A stretch of 64,000 nucleotides of DNA from Candidatus Hydrogenedentota bacterium (GTDB lineage Bacteria; Hydrogenedentota; Hydrogenedentia; Hydrogenedentales; JAEUWI01), in contig JAXMOL010000008.1 in assembly GCA_034669905.1 (NCBI GenBank), positions 96,001 to 160,000 on the forward strand, given 5' to 3'. The notes under the pieces are model-generated. The model did not search any database and was not told where the DNA came from. It worked only from the letters and a program-made list of their open reading frames with translations. This document shows positions 18,653-28,219 of this stretch, piece after piece (positions within the stretch are counted from its first letter, which is position 1; every line of letters starts with the position of its first letter). A program made the position numbers and the translations under genes.

Positions 18653-19903
18653 ATGCGCTTCGCGACCGCCGTTTTAATGAGTTGCACCCTGCTCCCCTCC
18701 ATTGCCCCGGCGGTCCAATTGAAAGAGTTGGATAGCGACGTCCACTATGACGAGGCCCGCGTGCCCCACTATGCCCTGCCGGAGCTCCTCACCACGGTGG
18801 AGGGCGATCCGGTGACCACGGCGGAAGCTTGGCGCACTATACGCCGCCCCCAAATCATGTCCCTCTTCAGCAATCTTGTCTACGGCAAGGTTCCAACGCC
18901 CGCACAGCCTATCACCGTCTCCTTTACGGTAAAAGAAAGCGACCCTGACTTCATGGGAGGCAAGGCCACGCGAAAAGATGTGGTCATCACCATCGCCAAT
19001 CCCGAGCGCAGCATGGAGATGGTGGTAATCGTTTATGTTCCGAATGCCGCCACGGGCCCGGTTCCGGCCATCATGAAACACAGCTTCAACAACACCAGGT
19101 CACCCGACTTTAAGGTCCACCGCACGGAGCCCGATCGCCTGAGAAATGGCTGGCCCCTCGGACAAATCCTGGACCGAGGCTTCGGCTTCATTGCGGTCTA
19201 CCATGAAGATCTTGTGAAACACAACGAAGTGAGTTTCGAAAACAGCATCCACCGCCTTTTCTACCCTGAGGGCCAGAGCTTCCCCAAAGCCCACGAGTGG
19301 GGCGTCCTGTCCGCCGTGGCCTGGGGGGCCATGCGCGCCATGGATTACCTGGAAACGGACGACGACATTGACCACACGCGGGTGGCCATCATGGGGCACA
19401 GTAAGATGGGCAAGGCCACGCTGTGGACCGCCGCCCAGGATGAGCGTTTCGCCCTGGCGATTTCGGCCCAATCCGGCTGTGCCGGAGCCGCCCTGTGGCG
19501 TCGCGAGTCGGGAGAGACCCTGGAGAAAATGGTGACCCGTTTCCCCTACTGGCTTTGCCGTAACGCGTGGAAGTTTGTGGGCCAGGAAGACGATTTGCCG
19601 GTGGACCAACACATGCTCATTGCCTGTATCGCACCCCGCCCGGTTTATATTCACAGTGGCGTGGAAGACACGTGGGCCGATGGCCGGGGCGAGTATCTCT
19701 CGGCCTACCACGCGAGCGAAGTCTATCGCCTCCTGGGCAAGACCGGACTCGATTCGGAAGCTTCCCCGCCCGTGGGCGAAGCCATTCTCGACCGTAGCGT
19801 GGGCTATCACATCCGCGAAGGGGGACACTCCATCGAGCCCTACGACTGGGATCGCTTCCTGGATTTTGCCGATTTTCATTTGATGAAGAATGCGGCGGGG
19901 TGA
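18653..19903 (+). CDS. CE15-like (glucuronoyl/acetylxylan esterase-like) alpha/beta hydrolase, secreted
   Basis: AWGAMRAMDYLE, nucleophile elbow GHSKMGK, QSGCAGAA, LPVDQHMLIACIAPRP and YHIREGGH. RBS GAAAGGA precedes ATG 18653. Confidence 0.82.
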   Translation: MRFATAVLMSCTLLPSIAPAVQLKELDSDVHYDEARVPHYALPELLTTVEGDPVTTAEAWRTIRRPQIMSLFSNLVYGKVPTPAQPITVSFTVKESDPDFMGGKATRKDVVITIANPERSMEMVVIVYVPNAATGPVPAIMKHSFNNTRSPDFKVHRTEPDRLRNGWPLGQILDRGFGFIAVYHEDLVKHNEVSFENSIHRLFYPEGQSFPKAHEWGVLSAVAWGAMRAMDYLETDDDIDHTRVAIMGHSKMGKATLWTAAQDERFALAISAQSGCAGAALWRRESGETLEKMVTRFPYWLCRNAWKFVGQEDDLPVDQHMLIACIAPRPVYIHSGVEDTWADGRGEYLSAYHASEVYRLLGKTGLDSEASPPVGEAILDRSVGYHIREGGHSIEPYDWDRFLDFADFHLMKNAAG

Positions 19904-19921
19904 TCTCGCCTCGAAGATGTA

Positions 19922-19987
19922 GTGGGTCGTATGGGGCTCATGAGTCGTATGGGGCCTGTGGGTCTCATAAGACCCATAAGACTCATT
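19922..19987. repeat. 9-bp-period intergenic microrepeat
   Basis: GTGGGTCGT ATGGGGCTC ATGAGTCGT ATGGGGCCT GTGGGTCTC ATAAGACCC ATAAGACTC; the array is partly self-complementary. Confidence 0.8.
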
Positions 19988-20017
19988 AAAAAAAGGGAGC
20001 AGGCCAAGCCTGCTCCC
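19988..20017 (-). terminator. Rho-independent terminator of the DUF1080 gene
   Basis: GGGAGCAGGC-CAA-GCCTGCTCCC with an A7 run on the + strand, which is the U-tract on the minus strand. Confidence 0.85.
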
Positions 20018-20040
20018 AGAATAACGTTTTCCGAAGAACT

Positions 20041-20709
20041 TTAGTCGAGTTCTTTAATCTTGATGTTTTTCCACATCACGGAATAGGGGCCCGTGCCGCC
20101 TTTGATACCGTGAACCTGCAGGCCGATAAAGCCCTTGGGGTGGCTCTTGGCCTTTTCTTCGTCAATCAGGTCTTCGACGGCTTCGCCATTGATCCAGGTC
20201 TGGATACGGGCGCCTTTGGCCACGATGCGATAGGTGTTCCACTCGCCATCTTTGAAGGCCTTGCTACGCTTCGCTTCGGCGTCTTTCGTCATCCAGCCGC
20301 CACAGGCTTCGCCGTAGATATAACCGGCCTGTGCACCTTCGGCACCGGCTGCTTCGATTTCAACCTGGGGACCATTCACGCGGCCATACTTGGCGTCGCC
20401 TTTGGGTTCTGCCGTCGTGGAGCGAATCTGGATACCCGAATTCAGTTCGTTGTCATTGAGCAGTACGTCCACCGTCAAATCGAAGTCGCCATATTCTTTG
20501 TCGCTGCAGAGGAAAGAGTTGGGGCTGCCTTCTGCCGTGGTGCCGAGGATGGCTCCGTCTTTAACCACATAGGTGGCGGTACCATTCTTCTGGGTCCAAC
20601 CCTTGAGGGTCTTTCCGTCAAAGATAGAAACCGCGTCGTCCGCAGCAAAGACCGTAAGGGGCAGGGCCAGCAGGCCGAGGGTGGCCAGTGCGATCGTTTT
20701 CTTCATCAT
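20041..20709 (-). CDS. DUF1080 (3-keto-disaccharide hydrolase-like) secreted protein
   Basis: Signal peptide, SIFDGKTLKGW, NSGIQIRS, GEWNTYRI and GFIGLQVHG...WKNIKIKEL. Confidence 0.9.
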   Translation of the reverse strand: MMKKTIALATLGLLALPLTVFAADDAVSIFDGKTLKGWTQKNGTATYVVKDGAILGTTAEGSPNSFLCSDKEYGDFDLTVDVLLNDNELNSGIQIRSTTAEPKGDAKYGRVNGPQVEIEAAGAEGAQAGYIYGEACGGWMTKDAEAKRSKAFKDGEWNTYRIVAKGARIQTWINGEAVEDLIDEEKAKSHPKGFIGLQVHGIKGGTGPYSVMWKNIKIKELD

Positions 20710-20838
20710 CGTTTTCTCCTGAGTTTAACGAGGGAGCCGCAGCAGGGATGGGCTACGGCGGTGAATCCGTGCAATTTAACCAGATAAAGGGCTGGCAATC
20801 AAGCGGAATGCCAACTTTCCACTACCGTGCGAATTTTC

Positions 20839-23202
20839 TCACGGCGTCAAATCTGCGTCGGTCGCCATCTTCCAGGTAGCCCCGCCATCGGCCGACATCA
20901 TCAAAGCGCGGCGGGTTTCCCAGCGATCGGTGCGATAAAACCAATAGGTTGACCAGTAATCGTAGGACAGAAACAGTCTCCCCGTACGGTCTATCGTTAG
21001 ACGATGATAGAAGACACTATATTCAGAAAAAGGTGGCACCACCAGCGCGCGGGGTTCCGACCAGGCTTCGCCCGGCTTTTTCTGCATATACGAAAGGGTC
21101 GCATAGTGACTCGCCGGAAAATAGGTCGTATCCGTGTGCCACAGGCGGAAGACCACGTGGAGTGTATCGTCCGGCCCGCAGACGAAGCCTACATAGGTCT
21201 GGCGCAATCCCGGCCCCAGGGGCTCGGGCTCGCTCCATCCCCCGCTGGCATCGTTGGGTTGGAGCGACTTGGCGTAGAGGAAGGTGCTGCCGTGGGTCCC
21301 CACCAACACGTGGAGATAGCCCTGGCTGTCCATGGTAATGCTGGGCGTGTTGTGGACATCGTTGGCGGGCGGACCATAGCCCACGAGGGACGCATTGGAG
21401 ACCGTTTTTGTTTCGCGGTCATAGGTCGCCACGTAGGTCGGCACGCCAGGCACGTTCTCATCGGGTGTGGTGGCCTCGCCCCAGGTTACGTGCACTTTGC
21501 TCCCCAGGGACACAACGGACGAGGGAATTCCTGAGTGACTGGAGATACCGATACAGGTTTCGCTGAGCCGTATGGGGTCGCCGATGACGATGGTGCCCGC
21601 CGCCGTCTTCTCGGGCACAAAGAGATCGAGATCGTGGACCCGGCGCCATTTGAGTTTGGGATCCACCGCGGTCCGGGTGAAACGGACAAAGGCCGGCGGA
21701 CCGGTGGCCACGTTGTGTCCCGAGAATTGCTCCGTATCGAAGGGGCCCTTACCGGGCACCGGGTAGGCCGTAAAGTCCTTCGTACCGTCCTTAGCGTGGT
21801 ACAAGGCCGATGCCCCGTCCTTCTGTGCAAGAAGATAGATATCATTATCTTCGTCCACCGCCACTTTGGAATCCAGCAGCGACCCCATCGCAGTTTCGAC
21901 CCACTGCCCTTCCGCGGGATAATGGAGTCCCCCACGAGCGGTAATCAGGGGTTGGTTGTGGCGATCGAAGTAAACTTCATTCGTTACCGGATACTGGGGC
22001 GCATAGGCGAATTGCGCGTTTTCGTGGCGGAAAGGCTTCAATACGAGGGGCAGGTCCAGGGCCTTCTCCAGGAGTGCTGAATCGGGCACCAATTCCAGGG
22101 TGGACCAGGTGCTAAAGCCATCGTCGGTACGGGCCTGAAGCTGTACGGTCGCCGGCACGCCCTCATATTGAACGGTCACCTTGCGGCGTTCACCGGGTGC
22201 CATATCCAGCGTCGACTCAGACAGTCTGAACGTGGCTGCCTCGGGCCCGACGAAGGTCAGCATCACAGACTTCGGCTGGCGGCCACTGTTGTACACTTCA
22301 AACTCGACGGTTCCATCTTCCCCGGACACGACATTCATGCGCCGTTTGTAAGGTGTGAGAAGCCAGCGGTTATCGTGAAAAGGAAACCAGGTTTCCGCGC
22401 GGGGTGTCCAGAGGGAGATGTCTTTTATGCCACCGTCGATACGCTCCCAGCGCGTGACCCCGTCGATGTTTACCGTACCATTGGCACCGGACAAGTGAAG
22501 TTGCCACGGGATATTCTCACGGTCTCCCGCCGGGACGGTCAACGTCGCCGTCCCTTCTGCGTCTACCGGTACGGGCGCGATCTCCGCACCCGTACTATCA
22601 AGGAGGCGCAGGGTCTCTCCCCGCACCCCCGTCACATCGAGGGTAAACGATCCGGAGCGTGGCAAGAAGCAGACGCTCCCTGGCGCGTCGCCCTGCTGCA
22701 ACACCAGGGGTTCCTGATGGCGCTCATCTTTGTGGCCCCGTGACGTCTCCACCAGATACTTGGGGCAATTGGTACGCATTCCCCAGACCATATCGTCGCC
22801 GTAGCGGTCCTCCGAAGCCGTGATGCTGAGTCCGTAGACGCCCGTGCGCGGAACCTCCACGGAGAATCGCAGTCGCTGGACTGGACCATCGCCGCTGCCC
22901 TTCTCCATGGCCATCCAGGGGAGGTATTCATCCGCCACCACAGACCGATCCGGTCCGAAGAGAATGGCGCGCACATGGGTTTTTCGCCCCCGGCGATTGA
23001 GATCCTGCTTTTCAACCTCCACCCAAAGTTCACCGGGCTCGGCGAGGAAATAGGCCCCACCACAACCGCTGATTCGGAAGTCGCTGGTCCAAACGAGATC
23101 TTCGGCGGGGGTGGCGCCTGTCGGGAAGGTTAGCGCCGCAAAAAGGAGTACGGGAGCGAGGAATCGCAGTAAAAACATGTTTCTGGCTTTTGAGAAATTC
23201 AT
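20839..23202 (-). CDS. Secreted BNR-4 repeat (beta-propeller) protein
   Basis: Signal peptide, NDVHNTPSITMDSQGYLHVLVGTHG and a terminal Asp-box SADGGATW. The start could alternatively be the next Met. Confidence 0.72.
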   Translation of the reverse strand: MNFSKARNMFLLRFLAPVLLFAALTFPTGATPAEDLVWTSDFRISGCGGAYFLAEPGELWVEVEKQDLNRRGRKTHVRAILFGPDRSVVADEYLPWMAMEKGSGDGPVQRLRFSVEVPRTGVYGLSITASEDRYGDDMVWGMRTNCPKYLVETSRGHKDERHQEPLVLQQGDAPGSVCFLPRSGSFTLDVTGVRGETLRLLDSTGAEIAPVPVDAEGTATLTVPAGDRENIPWQLHLSGANGTVNIDGVTRWERIDGGIKDISLWTPRAETWFPFHDNRWLLTPYKRRMNVVSGEDGTVEFEVYNSGRQPKSVMLTFVGPEAATFRLSESTLDMAPGERRKVTVQYEGVPATVQLQARTDDGFSTWSTLELVPDSALLEKALDLPLVLKPFRHENAQFAYAPQYPVTNEVYFDRHNQPLITARGGLHYPAEGQWVETAMGSLLDSKVAVDEDNDIYLLAQKDGASALYHAKDGTKDFTAYPVPGKGPFDTEQFSGHNVATGPPAFVRFTRTAVDPKLKWRRVHDLDLFVPEKTAAGTIVIGDPIRLSETCIGISSHSGIPSSVVSLGSKVHVTWGEATTPDENVPGVPTYVATYDRETKTVSNASLVGYGPPANDVHNTPSITMDSQGYLHVLVGTHGSTFLYAKSLQPNDASGGWSEPEPLGPGLRQTYVGFVCGPDDTLHVVFRLWHTDTTYFPASHYATLSYMQKKPGEAWSEPRALVVPPFSEYSVFYHRLTIDRTGRLFLSYDYWSTYWFYRTDRWETRRALMMSADGGATWKMATDADLTP

Positions 23203-23384
23203 GGGTATCCGTTCGTCGTTCGTATTCTTGCCATGGAAACAAAGATGTGGTGGCACGCAAAGCCGCGAAGGGCTTGCAATCTAGAAAAGGCAGGGTACAG
23301 GATGTCGCCCCCTTTTTTCAGCCCACTCCGTCGCTGACCTCCCATCCATACAGTTCAAACGCGACGGTATCCTCGTCGGCCAAC

Positions 23385-23409
23385 GTGGGATAGGCTTCCA
23401 GCCTGTCAT
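23385..23409 (+). repeat. Solo GTGG-type REP hairpin
   Basis: GTGG-GATAGGC-TTCCA-GCCTGTC: a GT(A/G)G tetranucleotide followed by a palindrome. Confidence 0.65.
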
Positions 23410-23545
23410 GTCGGCTGCCCGAAACGCCCCAGGGCGCGGTACGTCCTGGGTATCACCCTGAAGTGCCATGCCCAACGTTTCAGGACCTCACGCCATGTGG
23501 AATTGTTCACCTCAACGTTCATTGCTAGCACGCGCTTTTTTGTTT

Positions 23546-23710
23546 TTCCGTGCAATTCCGTGTTTTCCGTGGTAGCAAGATTTTTTATGACCACGGAAAA
23601 AAGAAGGGGGTCAATTACAAGACCGGGTCGTCCAGCAGCAATGCCAATCTGCCCTTGCCATCGATTCGCCACGATTTTTATTCGTGAAAATTCGAGTCCA
23701 TTCGTGGTTC
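23546..23710. repeat. 9-10-bp-period intergenic motifs
   Basis: TTCCGTG at 23546, 23556 and 23565 with inverted ACCACGGAAAA at 23590. ATTCG at 23680, 23690 and 23700. Confidence 0.7.
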
Positions 23711-23877
23711 CAAGTCTGTAGTTACGGCTATGCAGCGCTGGGCTATGCGGTTAAGGCCTTTCAGGCCAAAAAATGTTGAACTCCAATTCGTAAGACCCTG
23801 ACCGCAGCCGTGCCGGTGTTCAGGATGAATTTACCCTTGAACCGGATGAACCACTTCCGCAATTCCGAATCTGGCCA

Positions 23878-24660
23878 CTATTCTTCCCACGCCTCGAAGG
23901 CCTTCGAAAAAGCGCGGTGGATTTTCTTGTCCTCATAGGGGTCGTCTTCGGCCTCCAGATCGGCAGGCGGATATCCCGTCGTAATAGACGTCACCGTAAC
24001 GTGCTTCGACGCTTCGTCGGCACGAAATCGGGTCCGCCAGGTGCGGTAGGCGATCTCCCACAGCCCGTCGCCCAGATCCCGGAGGCGCTTCCGCTTTTCA
24101 TTGAAGGGCTCATCGCCCAATTGCTGCACCAGGAATCCTTCCAACGCGACGACCCCATGCTCCGCCAGCCACGCCAGTTGACTTGCCGCCGTTACCGATT
24201 GGTCCACCGTCCAGGCCTCCCCTTCCAGCGCGTCGGTCCAACCGCCGGTCGCCTCGGGAAAACTGTCCGCATAGGGGATGTAGGGCTTGATATCGAGAAT
24301 GGGCGTCCCATCGAGGAGATCATGGCCCGCCACGTCGACGGTACGCCCCCGCACGGACACGAGCCGCACGCACGACATGCCGATGCCATTGGGGCGGTAG
24401 GGCGCCCGCGAGGCCAATACGCCTACTTTCTTGCCGCCCCGGGGTGGTTGCACCAGGGGCTTCCAATGGCTGTTTTTGTGAAACTGAAAAAGCAGCCACA
24501 CGTGGGAGAATCCCTCCAGATCCTGGAGGGCCTGCTCGAAGTGCTGGCCATTGACCAACTCGACCCGGCCCGTGCTCTGTTCCGCGAGTACGCCCTGGCG
24601 GGCCGCATCGTAGGTATAGGTCTCGGCACAGTGAAAGGTGCCGATGGGGGTAATTTCCAT
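23878..24660 (-). CDS. tsaA: tRNA m6t6A37 methyltransferase TrmO (TsaA)
   Basis: LEGFSHVWLLFQFH, GVLASRAPYRPNGIGMS and DLLDGTPILDIKPYIPYAD. RBS GAGGAAAGGA precedes ATG 24660. Confidence 0.9.
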   Translation of the reverse strand: MEITPIGTFHCAETYTYDAARQGVLAEQSTGRVELVNGQHFEQALQDLEGFSHVWLLFQFHKNSHWKPLVQPPRGGKKVGVLASRAPYRPNGIGMSCVRLVSVRGRTVDVAGHDLLDGTPILDIKPYIPYADSFPEATGGWTDALEGEAWTVDQSVTAASQLAWLAEHGVVALEGFLVQQLGDEPFNEKRKRLRDLGDGLWEIAYRTWRTRFRADEASKHVTVTSITTGYPPADLEAEDDPYEDKKIHRAFSKAFEAWEE

Positions 24661-24670
24661 GGTCCTTTCC

Positions 24671-27600
24671 TCAGGCTCCCAGGGTGTGGGTGAACAGTTG
24701 TTTTTTTCCGACGGAATCCTTCGCCAGTTCGACGAGGTGCCGGTGGTGGGTGAAGTAAATGACCTGGGTGCGCTCGGAAAGCTCCCCCAGGACCTTGAGC
24801 GTCGCCGCTGCCCGGGCATCATCGAAGTTCACCAGGATATCATCGAGCACGAAGGGAATGGGGGCATGATGCTCCATGTGCCGCTCCAGACTGGCAAGAC
24901 GGAGGGCCAGGTAAAGTTGGTCGGCCGTCCCTTCACTCATGCCCGCCACCTGCACGAGCGCATCATTGGACGCACGGACGCCGCACAGGACCTGCTGTCC
25001 CCGGTCGTCCACGTCGGCGCGGAGTTCCGCGAAGGAACCCAGCGTCAAGGTGGAGAAGATGGCACTCGCCCGGGCGAGGAGGGGCTCCTGATTGGCGGCA
25101 CGGTACCGTTCGATGGCTTCATTGAGCACGAATCCGGCCACCTTTAATTGGGCGTAGCGGCGGGCATCATCGGCCAAAGAAGCCAGAAGGTTCTCCGCTT
25201 CCGCCGCATGTTCAGCCGCCTCGCTGCGCCCATCGAGTTGCTTCAGTTTTTCTTCCTGAACGGCAATACTTCCATACAACGCCTCCCTCCGCTCCTCCCA
25301 TTCGGCCAACTCGGGCTCGATGGCCGCTATCCGTGCCGCGAGGGTGTCGTGCTCTGCCTGCCCCACGGCTGCCAGAAACTCTTCCAGGGCCTGTCCTGGA
25401 GAAATATCGAGAATACGGGACTCTATCGCGCGCTGATCTTCCAGCAACTGACGCCGATGGGCGGAGCGCCCTTCTGCCCCTTCGAGGGCGGAGGGATCGG
25501 CCACCTGGGCAAGGACACACAGGGCGCCCAACTCCCCTTCGGCCCGCTCTACAGCGGCTTCCGCCATCGCCAGCGATTCGGCCTGCTCCGATTGCTGTTT
25601 CAAGAGACCCGCCTGCGTCACCGCCCGATCCCGATGGGTTTTCAGGGCCTGAAAGAGGGCGGGCACCAGATTTTCGAGAAGGGCATCCACACCAGCCGAC
25701 GTTGCCGCGCCGGACAGGTGCTCCACTTCTTCGAGATAGGCCGCATAGTCTTCATCAATCCGGGCAATACGCCCTTCCAACTCGGCCACGCGGTCCAGGG
25801 CACTGAAAAGTCCATCCAACAGCTCAAGCTTGGCCGTCGCTTCTGTAGGCGATTGGTCGGGCCGGGCCCCCATGCGGCCCATCAGTTCGGCCCATTGGGT
25901 GTTCCACTCGGTCTGCTCGGCTTCCAGACGGATCTGCTCCTCTGCCAATTCGGCAAGGGCACGCTCGGCTTCCGCCAGTTGGGCCGTGGCCTGGGCCTGT
26001 TCCTGCTGTTTTGTTCGGGCCTCGGTAAGCGCTTCATCCGCCAGGGACACCAGTTCCAATAACCCGGCGTCCTTCGGAATCGTGCCACCCCGTACCGATT
26101 CCAGGGCCCTTCGCAAGTCGGCGGCCATCTGCCCCGCCGCTTCTTCATAGGAAGCCTGTGCCCCCGTCGCCTCGTCCAATTCCTCGATCTTCTCCACCAG
26201 CGCCACATAGTCCGCCCGCCATTCCGCCATTTCCTGGGGACTACGGGCTTCCAGACCCAGATCTCGCCATAGCGTTTGCCACGCGTCCTGCTGATGCTGG
26301 CGGGCGGATTCGGCCTTGGACTTCCGCTTCAGGAAAGCCGTCATGCGATCCGCAACCCCATCCCGACGACTCTCCAGTTGGGCAAGATGGGCAGCCCGCT
26401 CGGATTCCCGTCGCAGGCGATCAGCCAGTTCATCGGCATGTTGCGTGAGGGATTCAACCACGTCGGCCAGATTCGTTTCGGTCACCCGATGTTCCGCGAG
26501 ACGGCTTCGGAAGGGGTCCAGGGCTGCCGCCGTCATCTTCTCCGGTGGCGTCCCGGCCTCCCAGGCGCTCCGGGCAAGCTGCCAACCCGTGTCGCGCAAT
26601 TCCCGTTGGGTCTGCAGGGCAGCTTCAGTGGGCACCTCCTGGGCACGTTGCAGCGCGTCGAGTTGGGTGGCAATCTCGGCCCGCTCCTGCTCCAGCATGC
26701 GTTCCTCTTCTTCCAGACGGCGGGCATCGGCTTCGTCGGACTCCCATTGCACCCGGAATCGCTCCACCGTGCTGGCGGGCGGCACGTCCAGGGCCAGTAG
26801 CGCCGCACGGCTTCCGGACCACCCGGGGAGACGCCCCAGGTCCCGTTCGATGGCCCCTTCCAGACGGGCGATGGTCTCAGCACGGGTCGTGTATTCCTCA
26901 GCGCGACTGCACAGGGGACGAGCCGTCTGAATGGCACGTTGCAGGCCGACCGTATCGGGCACATCACCGAGCTCGGCGCAAAGGGCCTGGTAGCGGGTCA
27001 CCTCGGCCGCACGCTTGCGCTGCTGGGTGGCCGTATGGGCCAGGTCCTGCTGGATGCGTTGTTGGTGGCTCGCCAGCTCATTGATCCGTCGCGCGCCACC
27101 GGGCTCCGGACGCAGCGAATCGAGTTCTCCGCGCGCCTTGTCCCATTTCAGAGTGCGGAGGATACGGCCGACTTCTTCCTCCCGCTGTTGATGCTCTGGA
27201 AGCAGTTCCCGCACCTTGTCCTCCAGGGCTTTGCGCATCACCTCGTGGCGGCCATGGAGAGACTCGATACGGCTTTCCTGGGCCAACAGGGATTCGTCCA
27301 CCTCGAGGTCATCCAGTTCCTGTTGCAGGCGGGTCAGGTTTGCCTCGGCGACTTGGTGCTGCTCCCGGGCAGCCGCCAGGGATTGGACCGCACTGATGCG
27401 CCGCTCCCGGAAGTCATCGGGCAGAAGCACGGCATCGGCCACGCCTTCGAGTCCCGCCAGCACTTCCAGACGTTTGGCCACCAGCGGAAGGGCCTTGAGG
27501 ATGCGTTCCGCCCGGCTCCGCTCTGTCGTCAGGTCTTTGATAGCCGCGAGCACGGTTTCCCGTTCCTGTCGCGCCTCGGCGAGGGCATCGGCCTGGGCCG

Positions 27601-28219
27601 CCCACTCCTTGGGGAGTAACTGGGCGTCCTTGATGGCCTTGCGCAATGCTTTGTACTGGCTGAGTTGGGCGTTGATGCGGGGTTTGGAACCACTGGGTTT
27701 GAAAAGCTCACCCGCTTCCTCCTCGAGGCCTTCCAACACTTTCCGTAAACTACCAATACCCGAAGCCGCGGAGAAGAGAGCCTGCCCCACATCACCTTCA
27801 CCCTGCACGAGGGCCTCGCCCCCGGCGACCAACTGGGCATGGCTCAAGCCGAAGAGATGGGTGAAGGCCTCTTCCTCCACGCCCCCGAGAAAGGGGGTCA
27901 GCACATCGTCGGGCAAAGCTTCCTTGTCCTCGGCGTCACGCAAGGTCGCCTTGTTGCCCTTGCGCCGTAAAAAGGAGAGGGTCTCCACCTCATTGCGGAT
28001 GGTCGCGCCAATCCGCAGGGACTTCATCGTGTGGAGGAAGTCGTCCTGGGTCCGGGCGGGTATTCCGTAAAATAGCTGGGTGATGGCCCGCAGGGTGGTG
28101 CTCTTCCCGGCTTCATTCGGGCCAAACACGAGGTGCAGGCCCTGTTTTCCCTTGGACAGATCGAGGGTATAATCCTGAAAGGCGCCAAAGGCCTTGAGTT
28201 GCAGTCGGTCCAGTCTCAT
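24671..28219 (-). CDS. yhaN: YhaN-family SMC/SbcC-like AAA ATPase
   Basis: Walker A GPNEAGKST, a long coiled coil, signature MSEGTADQLYLALRLA, Walker B/D-loop FVLDDILVNFDD and H-loop FTHH. ATGA overlap with yhaO. Confidence 0.9.
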   Translation of the reverse strand: MRLDRLQLKAFGAFQDYTLDLSKGKQGLHLVFGPNEAGKSTTLRAITQLFYGIPARTQDDFLHTMKSLRIGATIRNEVETLSFLRRKGNKATLRDAEDKEALPDDVLTPFLGGVEEEAFTHLFGLSHAQLVAGGEALVQGEGDVGQALFSAASGIGSLRKVLEGLEEEAGELFKPSGSKPRINAQLSQYKALRKAIKDAQLLPKEWAAQADALAEARQERETVLAAIKDLTTERSRAERILKALPLVAKRLEVLAGLEGVADAVLLPDDFRERRISAVQSLAAAREQHQVAEANLTRLQQELDDLEVDESLLAQESRIESLHGRHEVMRKALEDKVRELLPEHQQREEEVGRILRTLKWDKARGELDSLRPEPGGARRINELASHQQRIQQDLAHTATQQRKRAAEVTRYQALCAELGDVPDTVGLQRAIQTARPLCSRAEEYTTRAETIARLEGAIERDLGRLPGWSGSRAALLALDVPPASTVERFRVQWESDEADARRLEEEERMLEQERAEIATQLDALQRAQEVPTEAALQTQRELRDTGWQLARSAWEAGTPPEKMTAAALDPFRSRLAEHRVTETNLADVVESLTQHADELADRLRRESERAAHLAQLESRRDGVADRMTAFLKRKSKAESARQHQQDAWQTLWRDLGLEARSPQEMAEWRADYVALVEKIEELDEATGAQASYEEAAGQMAADLRRALESVRGGTIPKDAGLLELVSLADEALTEARTKQQEQAQATAQLAEAERALAELAEEQIRLEAEQTEWNTQWAELMGRMGARPDQSPTEATAKLELLDGLFSALDRVAELEGRIARIDEDYAAYLEEVEHLSGAATSAGVDALLENLVPALFQALKTHRDRAVTQAGLLKQQSEQAESLAMAEAAVERAEGELGALCVLAQVADPSALEGAEGRSAHRRQLLEDQRAIESRILDISPGQALEEFLAAVGQAEHDTLAARIAAIEPELAEWEERREALYGSIAVQEEKLKQLDGRSEAAEHAAEAENLLASLADDARRYAQLKVAGFVLNEAIERYRAANQEPLLARASAIFSTLTLGSFAELRADVDDRGQQVLCGVRASNDALVQVAGMSEGTADQLYLALRLASLERHMEHHAPIPFVLDDILVNFDDARAAATLKVLGELSERTQVIYFTHHRHLVELAKDSVGKKQLFTHTLGA

